From Paragordius varius (Eukaryota > Animalia > Nematomorpha), in the NCBI GenBank assembly GCA_964247055.1, contig OZ176053.1:9300001-9364000 (forward strand): 64,000 nucleotides of DNA. The letters run 5' to 3'. Shown in pieces: positions 12,362 to 25,204 of this stretch (its first letter is position 1; each line of letters opens with the position of its first letter). A model generated the notes under the pieces. The model ran no database searches and was not told the origin of the DNA. It saw only the letters and a program-made list of their open reading frames with translations. Both the position numbers and the translations under genes were made by a program.

Positions 12362-15300
12362 ATGACAGGAAATCATACACAGACTACTGCAATAAATCAG
12401 CCTAAACTTGCAACACAATTTAACTATCGAATCGCTGGAATAAATTTTCGCCACTTGGAAGATGTTTTTATGCTAACAGCATGGATACTGCTAGTTTTCG
12501 TTGCTAAATTTGGTATCTTATTATTTATTTATAACGCCAAATTAATAAATAAATTCTATGTTGTTAATGCAATGATTTGGTTAATATATTAAGTGTAAAG
12601 TGACCAGATATTTAGAACCCTGGCGCAGTACAAAATTAAAACATACTTTGCCTATTTTTAACCGGATTTTCGGTATTTTATATTAAATAATTTTTTTCGT
12701 TACTATTTTTAAGCTCATTAGAAACAATTAAATTATTAAATTTATTAAAAATTTAATATAAATGTATGTACATATAATTATATTATATGTTATATATATG
12801 GGTATATAATAATACTAGTGTAAATCTCGTGCTGCTACGCAGCCCGAAGAAGCCCTTCGGGCTGGGGGGGGGGGGGGCTATTTGAAAAAAGTGACAAAAT
12901 GATCCACATATATGGATTATTTCGAATAGCAATTTCAAAACGGTGCATTCATACTAATATATTGTTTACTTGGGCGAAAAATAGATTCAAACAATTACTT
13001 TTGAATTATTTTTGAATAATGGCATTTTACGGGAGGAGCGGGTAAAAAGAGGGCCTTAATTTAAAAAGCGAGCCGATTATGTTTGGTGCAATCAAAAATA
13101 AGTAAACAAAAATGAAATTGAATGGTCCAACACGTTTCCAGAAAATTGTCTCAAAGACACGATTTTTGTGGACTTCTGTTTTTAAAAAAAAACGTTTTTT
13201 ACACTGGGTGGGCCCGAACTGGGGGCCTAATTCAAAAAAGGGCGAAGCTATTGTCGAGGCATTCATTAATGATCATATTTTTTCGACATTTCGATTTGAA
13301 TGGATCTACCGGTTTCCCGGAAATAGATCACCAAGCCACTACTTTCCATTTTTATATATAGATTATAATGGTATGTTTGTTTTAAAAAATGCTAATTGTC
13401 AAAAACAATATTATTACCAAATATATGGAGGGAAACAATATATCGGGTTTTTATAAGATGTTGCTGTGTAGATAAAATCATTCACACACGATCTTATGAA
13501 AGTTCTGTTCCATAGCTTTTTTAAAAAATGACTATTTGACAGCAGGTAAAACTATGCGTTGATGAAAAAAAGATAGGTGAATGGATAGAAAATTATTTAA
13601 ATGCCGACTTTGCTACAGTGTAAAATTCAAAAATAATTCAAATAGTTTCGAGTCTACCCAATTAATGGTATATGACGTGACATATTAAAAAATAATTATT
13701 TTTTTATAATAGTAATAATATCTTAAAATAATAAATATATATTTTTCAGATTTATGTAATTGTCCCAATAATTTATGGTTTTGCGAAATTTTATCTAAAA
13801 AAGCTTCACAATTTTCTTCTGTATTTTTGATTATTACAATTGCTTTCAAGGTATCTATTGTGAGTTGTGTTTTTTCCGTAGTCCATATTTTGTTTATAAG
13901 AAAAGGCACGGAAAAGAAAATTAAAATGAGAATTAATAAAAAAATTATTATGTGTGTGTGTATGTGTGTGTGTATGTGTGCCAAAATTAAAATAGGTCTA
14001 TAGATTTGTTTATGCACAAAAGAATGAAAAGAAAACTGGATACAATTTAAAGTTTAGGGAAGCAAAAAATTAAGGAACATACCTCCCACCCAAAACATAA
14101 AAAAGTTGTTTTTTTCCTAGAAAAAAAGGGTTATATCGAAACCAAATATAATGAATTTAAATAATATGTTGCGGTAATACAAAAATTTTCCGTTTGATAA
14201 TTATAATTAAAGTAAACTCAAACAAAATTTAATTAAGCTGAAACCTATATGAAACAAAAATGAATTTTCAAAAGATCAAATTACTAAAATATTAATTTAT
14301 TTTGTGTTTATTTTTGAGGTCGCTTTTGCGGAAGCCCTCAGTGAAAGGTTGGCCTAAATCTGGAATCAGATATTGATAGTTCTGCCATTTCGCGAATGGC
14401 TGCATTTATAAGCGATTTGACCGGTCCAAAACCCAACTCATTTATAATTAGAGCAAAAAATAAAATATTGAAATTAAAGGCCAGAGTTTTTTAGAGCAAA
14501 AAAAACCATTTATTTATTTTAACTAAGGGTACTCTATCGAATTCTACAAACAAAACTTGTATAAATAATTGGTAATTAAAACATATTTATAAAAAAATTA
14601 TTTCAAAAAGCAGTACAAAAGTCAGCGCAGTACGGGCGCGGTTATTTTTCAAAAACCCAGTACTGTACTGCGAAAAACAGCCTATCTGGTCACTTTAATT
14701 AAGTGAAAAAATTATTTTGAAAAAATCTTTAGTTGTGATGCACTCATTCTTTTTTATGTGACGAATTACCGTGGATGAACTAAGGCTTACACGAAAAAAT
14801 ATTGGGATACACGATATAAAAATAGGCTTTTTTCATTTTATTATAACTACGGGCCTGCTCTTTCACGAAAGATAAAAGAAAATCGAAGACGGCTGCGATA
14901 CGCAAAGGGCCACATTTATCTCATGTTAAGATAACTTAGGAGAATGATAACTTTTTATGTTTTTATTCATATAGGGTATAATCTCTCACCTAAGCTGTCC
15001 GAAAACATTCCGGAATCATGTGTTATCTTGCTTTTGGGCATTATTTCAGGCATCGTTTTGTTTTTTTCTCAATTAAGCAACGTAAAGTATACAATTTCAA
15101 CCCAGGTGTTTTTCTTAATACTACTGCCAACATACGTATTTAATATCGGCTATTTTATGCAAATCGGCCCCTTTTTCAAAAACATTGGAATTATTTTGGT
15201 TCTATCGGTTGTTGGAACTGTTTGGAATACTGTTTCGATTGGCATTGGATTATGGGTGATCGGGGAATATGGTAAAACATTTTTTATCGTTGATGGTGAT

Positions 15301-18300
15301 ATTTCAAGTTTTAGCCAATATCATATAATATACTAATTTTTAATCAAATAATTTTTTATTTAAGATTATGAAAATCATATTGTCTTTTTCCTACCCAATA
15401 TAATTTGATTTGATAACACAACAAGAAACTGTAACAATTGTTAATTCACATTTAAACTAAATCAAAAAACTACGGAAAAATTATTTAATTAAAAATTAAG
15501 TATTTTAAAACATTGGAATTTAATTTAACTTATTATATATATATATACAATCGACAATTTTGTTTTAATATTTTTATTAAAATATAATTATAGTTTCTAA
15601 CCATCGCTTTATCATAATCTATTCAATTTTATTAAATGCAATTAGAACAATATATTGGATTGACGAAAACAAAATAAACTTTTAGGTTTAACCGGAGTCA
15701 ATATCCCTGCTCTTCATTGTCTTTTGTATGCCAGCTTGATGTCTGCGGTTGATCCTGTCACTATCATGAGCGTTTTCAATGATGATCATGTGAATGAAGC
15801 TTTAAACACTATAGCTTTTGGTGAATCCCTTATAAATGATGGTGTGGCTATAGTAAGATATTTAATTTAATCCATAAAAAAGATTCGCTATTTAAAAATC
15901 AGAATTTCATTTTATGTAATCAAATGAATTTAAGCTAATCCAGATTGCAAATTGGCTACTAACCCTATCAATATAATTAAAATTATTTTTTAAAAAATGT
16001 TTATGTTCTTAAACTAACCTATTGAAAATTTAATTATATTTTATTTTTAATTTCTTGAATTAAATGGTAACTGTTAACACGCGAAATGGAAAGAATTGTT
16101 ACATAAGCCACTAGTACTACAAGTCTTTGTAAAAAATTTATTAAAGGTTAGAATTATAAATCTTATCTCTATATAATAAAGAATACGTAAATTTTACATA
16201 TGCTTTAAGGCCTTAAACTTTAGATGTTTATGATTCCCGATAAAAGATCTTTTTTGGTATAATAGCAGATTTATCAGTCTAATTAATGTAGTGTTTAAGT
16301 TAATTATTTTTTGTTGCTCCCGGGGTCAAAGCCCGGAGCGAAACCAAATCCTTCTTAAACAATTTAGCCACGATAAGAGTATAAAATGTGAAACAGCTAG
16401 TTTTTTTAAAGCCGTTTTAAAAAAATAAATCGGTTTTAATATTTAACATTGTTAGAAACACCAAATTTCCAGGTATCTGATAATTTATCTACTTGTGTAA
16501 ATTCAATTAAAAAGTTATATTGTTACCTTACAAACATATATTTTTGTTTAAAAAATATAAAAAGTAGGATTCTATTAACTATTTAAAAAAAAATATATTT
16601 GAAAAGGTTTGAAACTGCGAATGTTTTACCAACAAAATGAATCCGCTGTAATCCCATGTCTAAAATGATTTATTATTTAGGTACTATTCAGAATTATTGG
16701 TTCATACAGTGAAATTGGTTTAGTAACGAAACGTGATATATTGTTCGGTGTCATTTCTTTTTTCGTGATTTCTTTTGCTAGCACAATCATTGGGATCATT
16801 TTTGGCCTATTCGCAGGATGGATTACTAGGTAAACTAATATAAGGTCTTCGAACCGGAACCTTATGGAACCGAAATCCGGTTCCGTTGGAGCGGAACCAA
16901 CCCGGTTTTTTTCTCAGGAATCACTCCGGATCTGGTTCCAAAATCTCAACCAGCCCGGTTCCAACCGTCTAGGAACCAATTCAGTTCCCCTTCCACCTCC
17001 AACAAAGTGTCCTATGATATTTTCTTATCCATTTTAAATGGAATTACCATGTTGACAATTTTTTTGTACACCTTACCTTAAAGACTTGAGAAACACAAAC
17101 ATATTACGTAGTTTTTTAATCTAAAAATTATGAACAATATCATAAAAATTTATTAATCTATTAACAAACCAATAACTATACTATAGTGTCCTTAATCAGT
17201 CACCCATAACGGAAAAATGAGCCACATTATATATCAGAGACCGAGGTCCACGGACCGCATGAACCCCTTAATATTCTTTTAATCACGTATTGAATAATAT
17301 CAAATATCATGTAAGGTTATATTAAGGGTACATATTACGGCTCATAACATGGAGAAAAACTTTCTCACGCTAAATTTAGTTTCAGAAGAAATAGTCCAAT
17401 GACCGAATTGCTTGGTATAATCCTTTTTTAAACAATACAAAACACTTATTACCTATCTTTGTACTTATGCGTTTGGCTATTTAATTATTCTAATTGTGTT
17501 TGATTACCACTGCAGATATTTTGGTTTATATTATTTTAAAATGTGAAAACATTTAATGAAAGTCAGAAACCAAAATGGACCGGTTTCAGATGTAAAGAAC
17601 CGGTTGCGGAACCCTTAATCTTTAAGGAATTAACCCAGATCTGGTTATAGTTGCTCGGAAACCACCCCGGTTGATTTTTAAATTCTTAGGAGCCACGCCG
17701 ATTTCGGTTTAAACCGTCCAGGAACCAACCTGGTTCCGGTTACACTTTTTTGAATTGGTTCGAAGCCCTGATACATATATCTTTATAACATTCAAAACTT
17801 TGATAATAAACACATCTTTACCAAATTCCACACAGTTTAAAACCACACATAATTTTGCTAAAATCTTTATTGAAGGATTTTTAGTTAGAAGTTTAACAAG
17901 CATGTATAGTCCCTTACCTTTGTGCGCAAAATCGGGAGGTGAAATAAATATTCTGATATAATATGTATATATACATATATTCTCATTTTTAATTATCAGA
18001 ATTATCATGGTACTTTTAATTTTGGGCTTTACAAATGATAAAGAAAGTCAATAGTACTTTAGTAGTGGTTCCTCCATATGAAAAATAGCAAATGTAGCCA
18101 TGCTAAATAAAATTTTTGGTAAATGGTAAATGCTACATTTATAAAAATATCATTAAATAATTTACTATATTAAAACAGAAGAACAATATTTTTATAATAA
18201 TTTTTAGGGCTTCAAAGTCTTAAATTTTTGGCATACTCAAAAGAATGAGCTAGTTAGACGAGAAGAATTATGATATGCTAAATTAGATTATGTCAACAAA

Positions 18301-21300
18301 TATTATATTTTTGAAACTTATTTCATGGTATATTAAAGCATGGAAAGTTTATAGCATAGATACATTTACAATTCAAATTCACCCATGAACAATTTAAATT
18401 CATTCTTGAACAATTCAAAATCCTAAAAATAAATTATGTTTTTTCGGGCTCGTATAACTCAGCATTAATAAGAAATATATTCTTATGGCATAGTTTATTA
18501 TTTTTTCAGTATTAATTGTAAACGAAATTTCATTTTATAAAAATATAATCAAATATAGGTAGTTTTTGATCTTGAAAAAAAACTTAATTTATTTTATGGT
18601 GAATTTAAAATGTTTAAGGGTGAATTTGAATTGTTTAAGGGTGAATTTGAACTGTAAATGGTACATTATAAAAACCCTTTTTTATAATATAGTGACGATA
18701 ACATTTTTATTAGTAGAATTTTGATTAGCAAATCTTTTCATCTGCAAATTTAAATTAATGTTTTCACAAAATTTTACTTAAATTTAAAGACGACCAAATG
18801 TTTTAAAGAAACGTTCAGCGTTAGGAATTTTATAGAAAAGTGTTTCCAATCTCTTAAAGTGTTCTTATACCGATGACACTATGCTAAGATTTCGTGTCAA
18901 AAAAATTGCTAAAATTTCATATCAAAATAATTGTTAAAATATTTATCAAATATTTTTTATTTTTTATCGCAAATTCTCGGTATTTTTGCGGTTTTATAAA
19001 TTTAGCTTTTATTTGAGGAGGACAAAAATTTGAGACTTTTGAACTATAAATATTGTTCCCTTAAATATATTATATAATAAATTTTAATATATTTGGAATG
19101 AAGTATTTATCTTTCATAAAAAGTTTTTAGCAAAATGTGAAGTGTTAATAACTTTCTCAAAGTACCACAAGAGTCCTGAGACATTTAGGTACAAGAACTC
19201 ATATGAGAAATTAATAATACTAACTCTAAAAAAGTATATTTAAATTTATCTTTTAATTTTAAAGGAAGATCTCAAAACATTTTACTAAATTAATATATTT
19301 AGATATACGAATGCATTACCAACTTCCGAACCAATCTTCGTTTTACTCTTGGCTTATTTGTCATATCTGTTAACTGAAATCTTCACATTTTCTGGAACTT
19401 TATCGTATATATTTTATTTTATTAAATTAATTCTTCTGATTTACTAGTTGTGACAATTTTTCTCTTAGAATAATGTTTTGTGGAATAATGATGCGCAAAT
19501 TGGTAGAAGCCAATATTTCACCAAAGTCAATTTTAACCATAAATTATATAATAAAAACAGCAAGCGCTGCCTGTGAAAGCATAATAATTTTATTCCTTGG
19601 TCTGCTACTAATATTGGATGAGCATGCATGGAACACTGCCTTTGCGTTATTTACACTGCTTTTTTGCTTCGCTTCTAGAGCCATTGGTAATTTCTATTAT
19701 TAATTCTTATAGATTAAAAATTAGAATAAAATTTGAGAATAGAGGGCACTAACGGATACAGTAATTTAGGATTTGACAGTATGATATTATAAAACTGCGC
19801 GCAAAATCGTAGGAGGGTGTAAAAAATATCTTGTTTAAATAAGTAACTTCTGATAGACAAAAAAATTAATCTATCAGGATCACATGGTGCCTTTTATTTT
19901 GGGCCCCACAAGTGGATTAAGACAGTTGTTTCTACTTTTGTGGTAATTTTCCATATCAAAGTCGCAAAATTAGCGCACATTAATATTTTTTGGTAAAAAA
20001 CTAAATTTACTTAAAAAATATTATTAAATTATATTATAAACTATAATTAATAAACTAAGTATTTAGGTGTTGTTTACAAATTTTTCAGTTATATTTAACC
20101 TTTTGTTCACAAGCACCACCCTTATCCCAAAAAAAAACAAAGTAAAATTTAAATTTATTTAATATTATTATGTGTTTTATCCAAAATTTGATGTATTAAG
20201 TTTAGCAAAGTATTTAATAGTTAAATCATGTTTCAACTCAAATGCTTCTTTCCATAGTTCTATCGGAATAGTTTTTACATCAAATGTAAGATTATTAATT
20301 GTTCCATTTAGGTAAACTAACAAAAATATTTAGCAAATTTATCCACTAGAAATTACAAATGATCAACTATTGAATTTATAACAAGTGTATTAATATATAT
20401 ATAATGAACTTGTAGGTCAAATTAAAGGTCAGAAACCGAGCTAATTCATAATTTCCGCTTCTAAAATCCATTAACGCAGTTTTATAAATGAACCTTGTAC
20501 TGATATAATATAATGATTGCTGTTTTAGATATAAATTCTTATTCTAAGAAATATAGGAGTATTTAATTGAAAATCTGAATCGAAAAATCATGATAGAGTT
20601 CCAATTTGTCTTGATGTCCAAAACAATGATTACTTCGTTTTACAATTTATATAGACTCCGTAAAATATTCCCCTTAGATTAAATATATTAAATTAACCAA
20701 TTATCAAACAATAGCAAGTTTAGGCTTATTAACATTATTTATGGTTGTTACTCCAAAAATTTCGCGCCACCTTTTTTCTACAGCCCTTTTTAGGAACCAT
20801 TGCTTTAAGATATTATTAAGATTTTATATAATTCGATGAGACTGTCTCCCCTTAGAAGGAATAAAAAATAGCACATCTTCAAATATATTTTAAATATAAA
20901 TTGTGTTTTTTACAAATCACCAAAATTTGATAGTTAACTAACCTTTAAATTAAATGAGATGATTGATAAAAACGTTTAGTATCATCAAATTATATAGAAT
21001 TTTTTTTATATCTTAAAGCAGGGGTGACCAATACGCGATCTGCAGGCCGCATGCGGCCCTCCGAAATATATATGCAACCCGAGCATTATTTGTAAAAAGT
21101 GGTATTATTTACAGTCATATATTAATTTAAAATAATACTTATTACCCAAACATTTGTCAAATGCGGCCTGTCAGTTTTTTACACAAAAATGCGGCCCTCC
21201 TAGCCATTTGTGTTGGACACTCTGTCTTAAAGTGTTTATGCCAATAATATTTTTTGTTTTACATGTATGGCAATAATTACATTAATTCATATTGTATCTA

Positions 21301-23208
21301 TAATCCTCTTCAATCCTTTTCAACATAAAAATTGTTTAATAGACACCTGAAAAATCTATATTTCCCTTTCGTTTTATGTATGTTGTTTTAATTTATATAA
21401 TGATAAGAAACGAGACGGGTAAAACAAAGTTAGAAACTGGTCATGAAATCCAAGAAGTGGTTATCACTTATTTTCGTAACCAGCCCATTCCACCAATTTA
21501 GTTCTGGTTCCAAAATTTGGAAAACCAGCCTGTTTTTTAAAAAAATTTATAAACCAGCCTTTCTGGTTTTTTAGCGTTTATGAATCACGCTAAATAAAGC
21601 AATTTTTCCGGGTATGTTTTAAGCTTTGATATATGAGCCCTTTTCTGACACTTTAGTTTTTTAAATAATGCATTTCAAAAAAAAATAATTTACCAAAAAT
21701 ACTAAACAATTTAATTTTGTTTTGCGCGTTAAAATGTTTTTTTTTCAAATTATTATTGCAATATTAATTTATATAGGTATTCTAATAATTGTACCTTGGC
21801 TCAATCACTATCGCGAGGATAAGCTCAATAAATTAGATATTTTAATTTTGATTTACGGTGAATTGCAGAGCTCATTTTCGTTTGCCTTAGCACTACTTTT
21901 AGATGAAGATGTTCTAGGCCAACATGTACAACAAATGTTTGTAACCACGACAATCTTTATAGTCATATTTGCGTCCTATATTCAAGTAAAATGATACGAT
22001 ATGTTATTATGTATTTTTTGAACACATATCGAGTTTTTAGAACAGGGGCGTCAACATACCGCCTGTGGGCCGCATGCAGCAGCGACATTGAGCGTTGCCT
22101 GCGTTAATACCAAATTGAAATTGATATTTATTCTTTGTTAAATATCTATTTATCTTGTTAAAATTAAATAAACTTGATACATTTCCCCAACAAATAATAT
22201 TGTTAATTGCTCTCTTCTTAATTTACTCAGAAAATTATATTTGCTGCTTCAATTACTAAACACTATTGATAGTTAGGTAAAGAGTTAAATTAATTTGTTG
22301 CCCACTTAATATTAATTAATTAGAATATCCTAGAAAACGATCGGATATTTGTTTATATTTTTTGAAAATGCGGCTCGCGAAGCCATTTTAGGCACACCTT
22401 ATTACGAATCACATTTAATCTTACTCATTTCTTTTAGAGTAAACCAGGGGTGTCCAAAACAAATGATTTTGTAGACCGTTCTATTAACCTAAAAATCAGC
22501 GAGCTCTTTCGCTGTATATGTGGGCATTCCTGAATGATTTAAGATTTCAAACATAAGACTTTAAAATGCAAATACAATATCAATTTTTAGTTCTTGCACT
22601 TATAAAAAAAATGTTTAGTAAATATCAATTTTACTGAGATTTTGAGAGTTATCCAAATTGCGGATTTAATTTTGCTCGGGCCGCACAGAATCGCGGAGGG
22701 CCTTATGTGGCACGTAGGCCACATGGTTTTTAGTTATTAAGAAAACTAAAGATACGCAAATATAATTTGTCTGTTTGCCTAAAATTGTTATATTAATTTA
22801 AGTAAAAAAACGAAGAACATGTTTGCTCTCACACATACACACCCACTACTCTATTAACAATTTCAAAAATCATATAACTAATAATATAGTTATTTACCTA
22901 CAAAATTCAATAGATAAAACTTTTACTTTGACAGGGCTTGACAATCCGTCCTTTGGTTAAGCTGATTAGAATTTGGGAAAGTCCGCATGAAGAAACATTG
23001 AATAGCATTATATTTACACAAGTTATATATATGTAAAATAAAAACAAAGGGCCTGAATTATGTAACGTTTGGCATCAAAAGCGTTTTGGGACCATGTAGT
23101 ATAAAAGACAAGTATATTTAACTATTATATATGTTATTTTATTCGTATAGAACAGCTGATTATAATGTATTATTTATACAAATATTTTCATCAAAAATGT
23201 CAAATTAA
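12362..23208 (+). CDS. SLC9A: Na+/H+ exchanger paralogue B, divergent, with truncated cytoplasmic tail (~499 aa)
   Basis: Exons 12362-12512, 14975-15271, 15686-15852, 16681-16829, 19303-19404, 19469-19686, 21777-21985, 22935-23021, 23050-23111, 23151-23208 (stop). All introns are GT-AG and the total is 1500 nt in frame. Exons 2, 3, 5, 6 and 7 are identical in length to paralogue C (297, 167, 102, 218, 209). The last exon and the true start are less certain. Confidence 0.87.
12596..14697 (-). mobile_element. hAT transposon derivative in intron 1 of NHE-B
   Basis: 15-bp TIRs TAAAGTGACCAGATA / TATCTGGTCACTTTA; perfect 8-bp TSD ATTAAGTG (12588-95 and 14698-705). Carries a transposase C-terminus (NKIWTTEKTQLTIDTLKAIVIIK..LGQLHKSEKY, 13740-13900, minus). 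Confidence 0.93.
12815..13362 (-). mobile_element. Complete non-autonomous Helitron (548 bp) nested in the hAT
   Basis: On the minus strand: A|TC start, CTAG|T end, no TSD, subterminal hairpin TTCGGGCTGC-GTA-GCAGCACGAG about 11 nt from the end. Homologous to 60990-61568. Confidence 0.9.
16842..17770. mobile_element. hAT-like non-autonomous element in NHE-B intron 4
   Basis: Imperfect TIRs AAGGTCTTCGAACC / GGTTCGAAGCCCTG; many GGAACC/GGTTCC subterminal repeats at both ends; flanks match only 5/8. Confidence 0.7.
18361..18663. mobile_element. MITE family 1 (TA-flanked, terminus TACCATTTACAGTTCAAATTCACCC)
   Basis: Long inverted termini with ~20-bp tandem subunits; related copies at 39178-39424 (opposite orientation) and 6301-6448. 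Confidence 0.8.
21019..21224. mobile_element. hAT-Charlie-type MITE
   Basis: Ends CAGGGGTGACCAA / TTGGACACTCTG; GCGGCCC subterminal motifs; perfect 8-bp TSD TCTTAAAG. Confidence 0.88.
22043..22730. mobile_element. Two adjacent degenerate hAT-Charlie-type MITEs (about 22043-22400 and 22444-22730)
   Basis: Starts CAGGGGCGTCAAC and CAGGGGTGTCCAA; GGGCCGCATGC and AAAATGCGGC motifs; TSD degraded. Confidence 0.65.
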
Positions 23209-23292
23209 TTATGATTTTAAGATTGGGTTACCAATTTAATAACAATAATATAGAGTCTAAACTTTTCAGACTTAAATGGCACTAGACTTAGT

Positions 23293-23358
23293 TAGCATTC
23301 ACCTGTTCAGGGCTGACAGCTATAGTGAAATACACATGGTTTCGGGGTAATTCCTCAC
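23293..23358 (-). mobile_element. Fragment of the tRNA-derived SINE family
   Basis: Shares cctg..cagggctgacag..gtttcgggg with the copy at 48176-48359. Confidence 0.55.
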
Positions 23359-24872
23359 ATATTTATTCATTGTTCATTAATTAGTGAACTCCATTGAAAC
23401 CCTCGCCTTAGTAATTATAATATAAACGTGCTTTATAAAATATATCTCTTTTATATTGATCAGAGCTAGATTGTTTAAATATTTTTGCATAACAATTCTT
23501 GAAAACTATGTCTTGTAAAAAAATTAACATGGATAAATTTTTGAAAAAAAAAATTGTGGAAATCTTTTGATAATTTGTAAACCAGTTTTATCAGGCTCAA
23601 TTCTTATTAATACCATAAGAATAATTTATTTGGTCTTCCCAATAAGAATTTCGCATAATTACGGATTTTCTGATTTTGAAAAAACAAGAAATTATTCACC
23701 CTTTTTTAATATATCTTAAGAATAAAAATGTCTATAATATCAAATTTATATCATTTAATAAAGCGGAAAAATCTCTATCTTTTGAATACAAATATTTTTA
23801 TATAAGGAAGAAAAACAGACATCGGGTATAAACAGTAATAATTATAGGTTTTTTAAATTCACAATTTAAATATTGGTTTCTTCATATGAGAAAAATAAAA
23901 TAATAAGGATGTAGATTAAGTGTCGGCTTTCAGAAACTATTTAGTTTTTGGTGTAATTTTATTCTATCTAGAGTTGTGATTGTTTTTTTTTCTTCATGAT
24001 TACATTTACGATTGCAAAAAAGCTACCATTCCGCCTTTTAAGATTTAATATTAAAAAAAGTTTTTCAATTTTTGTAAATATATTCATTTTTAAAGTTTTT
24101 CACGCTCTATCAATTGGTATATGTTTTGTATACAAAATTATATTCATTGAAAATTCTAGAAAATACACCTAAATTAATATTATTTTTAAAATGGGAAAAA
24201 TCACAGTTTTTAAAAACCTTGTCGGGATTTTTTTTGCTTTTAGCCTACTACAGCATAAGTTATCAGAAACGCAAATAGAATGGTAAAAAACCTTGTCTGG
24301 TGTTGTTTAAAACTGTTACCAAATTTTAAGTATAAATTTAATCTTTATACGATATAATTTTATTTTTTAGATTAGCAATTTAATGCAAAACCTAAATATT
24401 TGGTGGCGATTTGTGTGATATTAAAATTTTACTACTTCATATTTTAAAATATTTTAACGATAAATTATATTTTCCTACCTGATGGCTGCCATTGACAGAA
24501 AAATGATTGCGTTGCATATAATAATAATTACTCCAAAAAAACTATTTTAGTTATTATAATATTATTTTTGAATATAATGCTTGTGTGTCAGAAAACTTTG
24601 ATATCTAAAAAGTGAAGCGTCTAAAATGCAATATTTGAAAGGATAATCGTATTTGATGAAACTATGCAACAAAAGGATTAGGGATTTTATAAAACATAAC
24701 ATTTTTTATGTAAAAACTTTAGTATATTTATTTTTTATTAAAAAACATATAAATAACTCATTGTTCCAAAATTACGGACAACATTTTTAACTCTAAATTT
24801 GGTGTACCCTCTCTATGTATAGAATTTAAAGAAAATATGAATTTCCTGGTCAATGTAAATAATCGTTTAAAT

Positions 24873-25204
24873 CAAAGGTCTCCAACATGAGGCCCTCGAA
24901 AAAAAATTTCAGCCCGCGAAAAAAATAAAACTAAATCAACGCAAAATATTATCATTGAAAAGGGCTATTTACAACTAAGTAACATTGATATTCCTTAAAC
25001 GAACTAAATATTTCTTTCCTTTTGACAATGAAGTAGAAAAGATTTTTATAAAAAATAGTATTTATTGTGATAGTAATTTTTTTAGAGTTTTTTTTATGTT
25101 TGGAATCTAATAAAATATTTATTATTGGCCATATATTTTTCGAATGCGTTGAGATGTTTGAGCTAAAAATGCGGCCCGAAAATAAATTTGTGTCGAAACC
25201 CCTG
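24873..25204. mobile_element. hAT-Charlie-type MITE
   Basis: Ends CAAAGGTCTCCAACA / TGTCGAAACCCCTG; AAAATGCGGCCC motif; perfect 8-bp TSD GTTTAAAT. Confidence 0.88.

Noticed and set aside
13027-13456. Three overlapping ORFs on both strands
   Set aside because: They lie within or overlap the non-autonomous Helitron; no Rep/helicase motifs.
24470-24560. YLMAAIDRK stretch resembling NHE exon 9
   Set aside because: No upstream acceptor and an in-frame stop just before it; a better exon 9 lies at 23050-23111.
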